DNA of 64,000 bases from Eledone cirrhosa (lineage: Eukaryota). A program made the translations under genes and the position numbers. The stretch covers positions 132,184,001 to 132,248,000 of the forward strand of contig OZ024741.1 of NCBI GenBank assembly GCA_964016885.1, in the 5' to 3' direction. A model generated the notes under the pieces. That model did not search any database. It was not told the DNA's origin and saw only the letters and a program-made list of their open reading frames with translations. Positions 63,525-64,000 of the stretch are shown here, one piece after another; the first letter of the stretch is position 1, and each line of letters opens with the position of its first letter.

Positions 63525-64000
63525 TCATGTTATAATAATGCCACAAAAAATATAGTAAAACGCACTCACTGACGGGTTTGGGTTGATTTTCGTTTCAGTA
63601 TATTTTTTTTATATTTCTATAATTAATTCGGCTGGCAATCAATGTTTATCATTGATTGACCAACAGTTAAAAATATAAATATAAATATAGTTTCTCATAA
63701 ATATATTGTGTCCGAATTAAATAAAAGAAAAGAAGGAATCAACGTTGGAACCCCTCTTATCGTAGCTGTTCGAATTGTGTTGACTTTGGATTTAAAACTA
63801 CAGCATCAACAACAAAGTACTGAAACCAATTAAAATTTTCTTCCGAATCACCGCGAGAGCATTTTAATAATTTAGCTTAATTAATGTTCACTTTATATAT
63901 ATATAATCACAGAACCAAATCCAAGCACATACTACCTAAAATACCTGCATTTACTACTCGCTGCTTAAGGGTTAGTCCGCAGACAGGTTAGGGGAGACAT

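Overview
AT-rich, microsatellite-saturated eukaryotic (animal) DNA. The SINE family and repeat landscape suggest an octopod cephalopod, but this is inference. There is one clear host gene: a bursicon-beta (partner of bursicon) cystine-knot neurohormone with two coding exons (1848-2078 and 4439-4600; 130 aa, 11 Cys). A 200-N gap and a ~6.4 kb 39-bp minisatellite follow it. The rest is a nested pile of mostly decayed transposons inserted in (TA)n and (CATA)n tracts: at least six Penelope-like element (PLE) copies or fragments of two types (one nearly intact), Dong/R4-type RLE LINEs in (CATA)n, a full-length decayed Helitron with both termini, CRE-, HERO- and RTE-type LINE fragments and about 16 tRNA-derived SINEs. 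The most interesting layer is not in the ORF track: (1) minimal type I hammerhead ribozyme motifs, including two different families with a compensatory U3:A8 core; (2) many fold-back palindromes whose apices lie on RNA hairpins (hammerhead stems, a tRNA T-arm); (3) a 271-bp tandem unit carrying a tRNA-like cloverleaf inside a long closing stem, flanking a PLE; (4) an in-frame TGA at a conserved Cys of the near-intact PLE. All calls were made by eye, without database searches. Most ORFs in the track are microsatellite artefacts.
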